Source: Strigamia acuminata (taxonomy: Eukaryota). From it: a stretch of DNA of 64,000 nucleotides. The stretch lies in contig OX442314.1 of assembly GCA_949358305.1 (NCBI GenBank), forward strand, positions 6,200,001-6,264,000, written 5' to 3'. Shown here in pieces: positions 60,007 through 64,000 of the stretch (position 1 is its first letter; each line of letters begins with the position of its first letter). The translations under genes and the position numbers were made by a program. The notes below the pieces were generated by a model, which was given only the letters and a program-made list of their open reading frames with translations, ran no database searches and was not told where the DNA came from.

Positions 60007-61315
60007 TGTGTCTTCAAAAAGAAATAAATTTTATTTGAGAACATGAATCAACCGTCGGAAATTAATTTAATTTCAAATTAAATTAATTGTCGAACAACAA
60101 CTGGATTAATTTCATAATTAATTCTTAAGTTCCCTTGTTAGCGTGTTTCCTCCATTTTGTCGAATAATTATTAAGATTAATAATTATTCTCGACTTGGCA
60201 TATAATTTCATTTTATCGTTTAAAACAATATCGCTGATAAAATATTCAAATTAGTGTTTATTTAATGAAATAAACCTAATTTTTGTATCTACACGACATA
60301 ATAACTAAAAAACATATAAAAATATTAAAAAAAAAAATATTTTTGTAAGTGTTTTTTAGCATCCGACAATAGTCATTTTACATGGTTTTAATTGTACGAA
60401 TAATTCCACAATTCGTCCGAGTAAATAATTTACTACCGACATCTGGTGGCGTTTGCCCCTATCATACACGTGGCTTGTTAACACATGTCTGCTCACCAAT
60501 TTCCAAGGAACTTAAGAGATATTTTATCTTTCATAAAATAAACACTTACTAACTAGGTGTAGTCCTAGAAGGGTATACTTGGCTAGTTTAATGTCTAGCT
60601 TCACGTATTTGCGAGGGCTGCTCGGTTCCGGCGATGTTGGCCGATAAAAACGTTGTGCGGCGCGTGCGAATTCTAAGTCCGCCGTAATGAACGCTTAACC
60701 AAAATAAATGTTGTCAATTAATGTCAAAATATTATAAATTTTGACAAAATATTGCTTAAATATTTACCGGGAATTCACTTAGTGAGTTCGTGAAAGGCTT
60801 ACTCGCGATTTGTCCACGAGATGGTTTCGATAATCAGCGTCGTGTCGATAATTTCTGAATTTGAACTGATATTCGTCAAATGAAAAAATCAGTAAAATAA
60901 ACGATAAGTGTTCAAAATCATCTAGATTTTAACTCACTAAATTTCAGCGAAAATCCGTTAAAGCGTCGAAGGGTCGAGAATAATCCTTGATTTCAGTCCA
61001 GTACAAAACTTGGCGAACAAGTGAGTGATAATCTCAAACCAGGGGTTAAGGGGAGTTTCGAGGAGTAATTTGATTGGTTTGTAATTACTCATCTCGAAGT
61101 TTCTATTAACCCAAAGGGGGAAACACAGTTTCAAGTAAATGTTTACACGTAGATTAATTTAAATATAATCGGCCGTGTAAAAATAACTCAAACATTTGTT
61201 AGATTTTATTCATCCCAAAAAAAAATGTTTTTAACTAATAAAATTTAACAATCCTTCGTGAATATGATTGGAAATATTTATTTTAAAATAAAATATTTTC
61301 AATATATTGTGTTTT

Positions 61316-64000
61316 TTAACCCAACTTGACTTGTTTTAAACAATTTATGAGTTGTACAAAATCGGTCACGTATTTTGTGTTCGGCTTGGGTCTACGTTTA
61401 GACTGTCGAACGGGAGATGGAAATCTTTTCCTCTTTTTAGATGGATTTTGAGGAGTTTCGTCCTCTTTAGAAGAAATCTGAGAAGTTTCCTCCTCTTTCT
61501 CTTCAACTAAATCCTCTGTTTCCATGGACACAGGTTCATTTATTAATTCTGAAGAATTAATAACTTGACCTGCCATCCAATCTGGAGTCGGGTGTGACTC
61601 GTTGGTACCGACTTTCTGATCTAATGTCCATTCCTCAATCGGGTAACTTGGGATATAAGGCATTAAATCCTGTATGTTGATCGCTTTGGCTTTCGTGTTA
61701 TCAGAAAGCTTCCGTAGTGTGTAGGAACCTCCGCCGAGAACAGCCGTAATTTCCCAAGGTCCATCACGTTTCTCAGCGAATCCTGCCGAAATCCCTTTAT
61801 CTTTATTCGATAAAATATGTGTGGCTTTCCACACGAGATCTCCTTTGGCAAATTGACAAATATAATATTTGTCTTTATGTAGTCGATCATGCTTTTCGTA
61901 ATTCGATTGAATTTTCCGATGCATTTCGCTGTGTGCACGTCTAATTACGTCTAAAATGCTGTAGACGTAGGCTTCGGGATTTTCTTTGTCGAATTTGATG
62001 GCGTGTTTAGTAATACGCGGATCAAATGGCAAAGGAACGTTTCTTCCCGTATTAAGAATCATCGGTGAACAATTTGTTGCCTCGGACTTAGCGGTGCGCA
62101 TCGCAAAGGCAAAAGAATTTAAATATTTTGGCCAGTGGGAGTGAATGTCCGAGTATAAAGCTAACATCATTTTTAAAGTCCGGTTAGCCCGCTCTGTAAT
62201 ATTAGCGGCAGCGTGATATGGGCTAATGTGAGCAATATCTACGTGATTCTTTTGACAAAAATCATTAAATATTGTCGACACAAATTGTTTGCCGTTGTCG
62301 GAGATTATCTTTTTTGGATATCCCCAACGGTGGAAAACTTCGCTCATTTTATTAACGATGCATTCACTTGATGCAGTCGCTAGTGGGAAGACTTCAATCC
62401 ATTTTGTACAATTATCAATGATTACTAAAATCCATTTTAATTGTGAACGACCGGCTGGTTTTGGTCCCATCAGGTCAATGCTTACAGTCTCCCACGGGTT
62501 GGTCATGTTGTGAGGTGTATAGCTTGCCCGATGCTTTTGGTGTTGACTAGGTTTGTATTGTTGGCAATGAGTGCAACTGCGAACGTAGTTTCGAGTGTCT
62601 TTGCTCATTCTAGGCCAGAAATACATCTGTTTTGCTCTATCTAGGGTTTTGCTCATGCCGGCATGTCCTGTAAGTGGGTGGCCATGGCATGCGAATAATG
62701 CACGTCTCACGAGTGAGCGTGGAATTACCGCCTTAAACCCGTTGCCAGAGTCGTTTAACTCTTCCTCATCGGTCGGAGCAAAATAAATTAGCATAACACC
62801 TTTATTTTCTTCCGGTTCGTCGAGAGTGTAGCCACGAATCGCATTTAACCAATGTTTATCCGTGATACGATTTTTTAATTTTTCGTCTCCTTTTAGGTAA
62901 ACAAGGATTTTACTACATGCTGGATCTTTAAGTTGCGCTTCGATAATTTCGTCTCGCGTCGGCGGAACTACTTTTATGATATCTGTTAGCGCAGTGTGTA
63001 CATTTTCGTGATTACAATTGTGGACATCTATATGTCTGCAATTTTCTCTCGTACATCCTTCTTCCTCCCCCTTTTCTCCAGAATCATGAAATCTAATTGG
63101 ATTATATGATTCTGAGAAAAAATCTAAACTAAGGCCAACATTTGTAAGAAAATGTTTGCGCTCAGTTTCCGTCACTTGTAAAGATGCACACCTGTTTCCA
63201 TTCCAAGTTGGATAGAAATGGGTGATTTCCTCTGGTTCGATATAATCATAATCCGGAGTGTCTAGTGCAGACAGTGGAGCGCGTGACAATGCGTCCGCTA
63301 CTTGGTTCATTGCACCGCGTCTAAAAATAATTTTAAACGCGCCACATTGTATTTTGACGGCCCAACGACCAAACCTTCCCGATGGTTCCGGCGTACTCAT
63401 CAACCAGCTAAGGGCCTTAGCATCGGACTCGAGAGTGAAAGTCGTGTATTCAATATATGGGCGAAATCTTTCGATTGCCCATACAACGGCCAAACACTCC
63501 AATTCCGGCGTAGAATACCTTACTTCGGCCCCGTGTAACACTCGACTGGCGTACGCGACTGCTTTCGGGACCATTATTAATTTCTGTTTCTTTTCACAGA
63601 ATAATTCTACGTCTTGACAGAGTACTGCACCTAAGCCTGAATGAGAAGCATCTGTCAAAATGACAAAAGGCTTATTCATATCTGGCATGTGGAGAAGGGC
63701 TTGGTCCTTGTCACACAAGATGTCTTTGATAGTTTCGAATGCAGTTGTTTGTGGTTCATCCCACACAAACTTTGCTTGATCATGCATAATATTGGTCAAT
63801 GGACGAGCAATATTTGCGATGTTAGGAATGAATTTTCGGAAAAAATTCGCAAGTCCTACAAATCTTTGTATGTCTTTAGAACAAGTTGGTTTGGGAAAAT
63901 TCCTTACAGCCGAGACTTTGTCAGGGTCTGGAAGAAGAGATCCCTCCGAAATTAAGTGGCCTAAAAATCGTAATGATGTTCGACCAAATTTTGACTTGTC
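61316..64000 (-). CDS. pol: Gypsy pol polyprotein, C-terminal part (RT thumb/connection, RNase H, integrase)
   Basis: FLGHLIS..PDPDKV; FVILTDASHSGLGAVLCQ; ELECLAVVWAIERFRPY; HHCC (H..GH..CTHC); SIDLMGP; ISDNGKQF; ERANRTLK; GPW motif. The frame is open from the window edge. Confidence 0.97.
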   Translation of the reverse strand, partial: DKSKFGRTSLRFLGHLISEGSLLPDPDKVSAVRNFPKPTCSKDIQRFVGLANFFRKFIPNIANIARPLTNIMHDQAKFVWDEPQTTAFETIKDILCDKDQALLHMPDMNKPFVILTDASHSGLGAVLCQDVELFCEKKQKLIMVPKAVAYASRVLHGAEVRYSTPELECLAVVWAIERFRPYIEYTTFTLESDAKALSWLMSTPEPSGRFGRWAVKIQCGAFKIIFRRGAMNQVADALSRAPLSALDTPDYDYIEPEEITHFYPTWNGNRCASLQVTETERKHFLTNVGLSLDFFSESYNPIRFHDSGEKGEEEGCTRENCRHIDVHNCNHENVHTALTDIIKVVPPTRDEIIEAQLKDPACSKILVYLKGDEKLKNRITDKHWLNAIRGYTLDEPEENKGVMLIYFAPTDEEELNDSGNGFKAVIPRSLVRRALFACHGHPLTGHAGMSKTLDRAKQMYFWPRMSKDTRNYVRSCTHCQQYKPSQHQKHRASYTPHNMTNPWETVSIDLMGPKPAGRSQLKWILVIIDNCTKWIEVFPLATASSECIVNKMSEVFHRWGYPKKIISDNGKQFVSTIFNDFCQKNHVDIAHISPYHAAANITERANRTLKMMLALYSDIHSHWPKYLNSFAFAMRTAKSEATNCSPMILNTGRNVPLPFDPRITKHAIKFDKENPEAYVYSILDVIRRAHSEMHRKIQSNYEKHDRLHKDKYYICQFAKGDLVWKATHILSNKDKGISAGFAEKRDGPWEITAVLGGGSYTLRKLSDNTKAKAINIQDLMPYIPSYPIEEWTLDQKVGTNESHPTPDWMAGQVINSSELINEPVSMETEDLVEEKEEETSQISSKEDETPQNPSKKRKRFPSPVRQSKRRPKPNTKYVTDFVQLINCLKQVKLG

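Larger units (their letters stand above)
56086..64000 (-). mobile_element. Ty3/Gypsy LTR retrotransposon, 3' portion (pol, extra ORF, PPT, 3' LTR)
   Basis: RT-RNaseH-integrase domain order, PPT and LTR. Confidence 0.93.

Overview
AT-rich eukaryotic (invertebrate, probably arthropod-like) genomic DNA with many short GT-AG introns; the organism cannot be identified from the sequence. The centre (17.7-44.7 kb) is a compact block of conserved genes arranged largely as head-to-head pairs: SLIRP/LRPPRC, ALKBH1/CCDC167-like and NAA40/MAX. It also holds a B-type cyclin and a long Arg/Lys/Ser-rich basic ORF. Both flanks carry divergent DEG/ENaC (pickpocket-like) channel genes. One of these (9489-13097, minus strand) appears to encode two complete DEG/ENaC subunits fused in one polypeptide. 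The other two are a recent inverted duplicate pair, each hit by a different LTR retrotransposon. The left element shows a 5' LTR, a tRNA-Gln PBS and an ORF1; the right, Gypsy-type element shows pol, an extra Cys-motif ORF, a PPT and a 3' LTR. There are many non-autonomous DNA transposons, including a three-level nest carrying a captured Methuselah-like GPCR fragment, and several 20-24 bp minisatellites. Exon models and family assignments were made by eye from recalled motifs; no searches were run.
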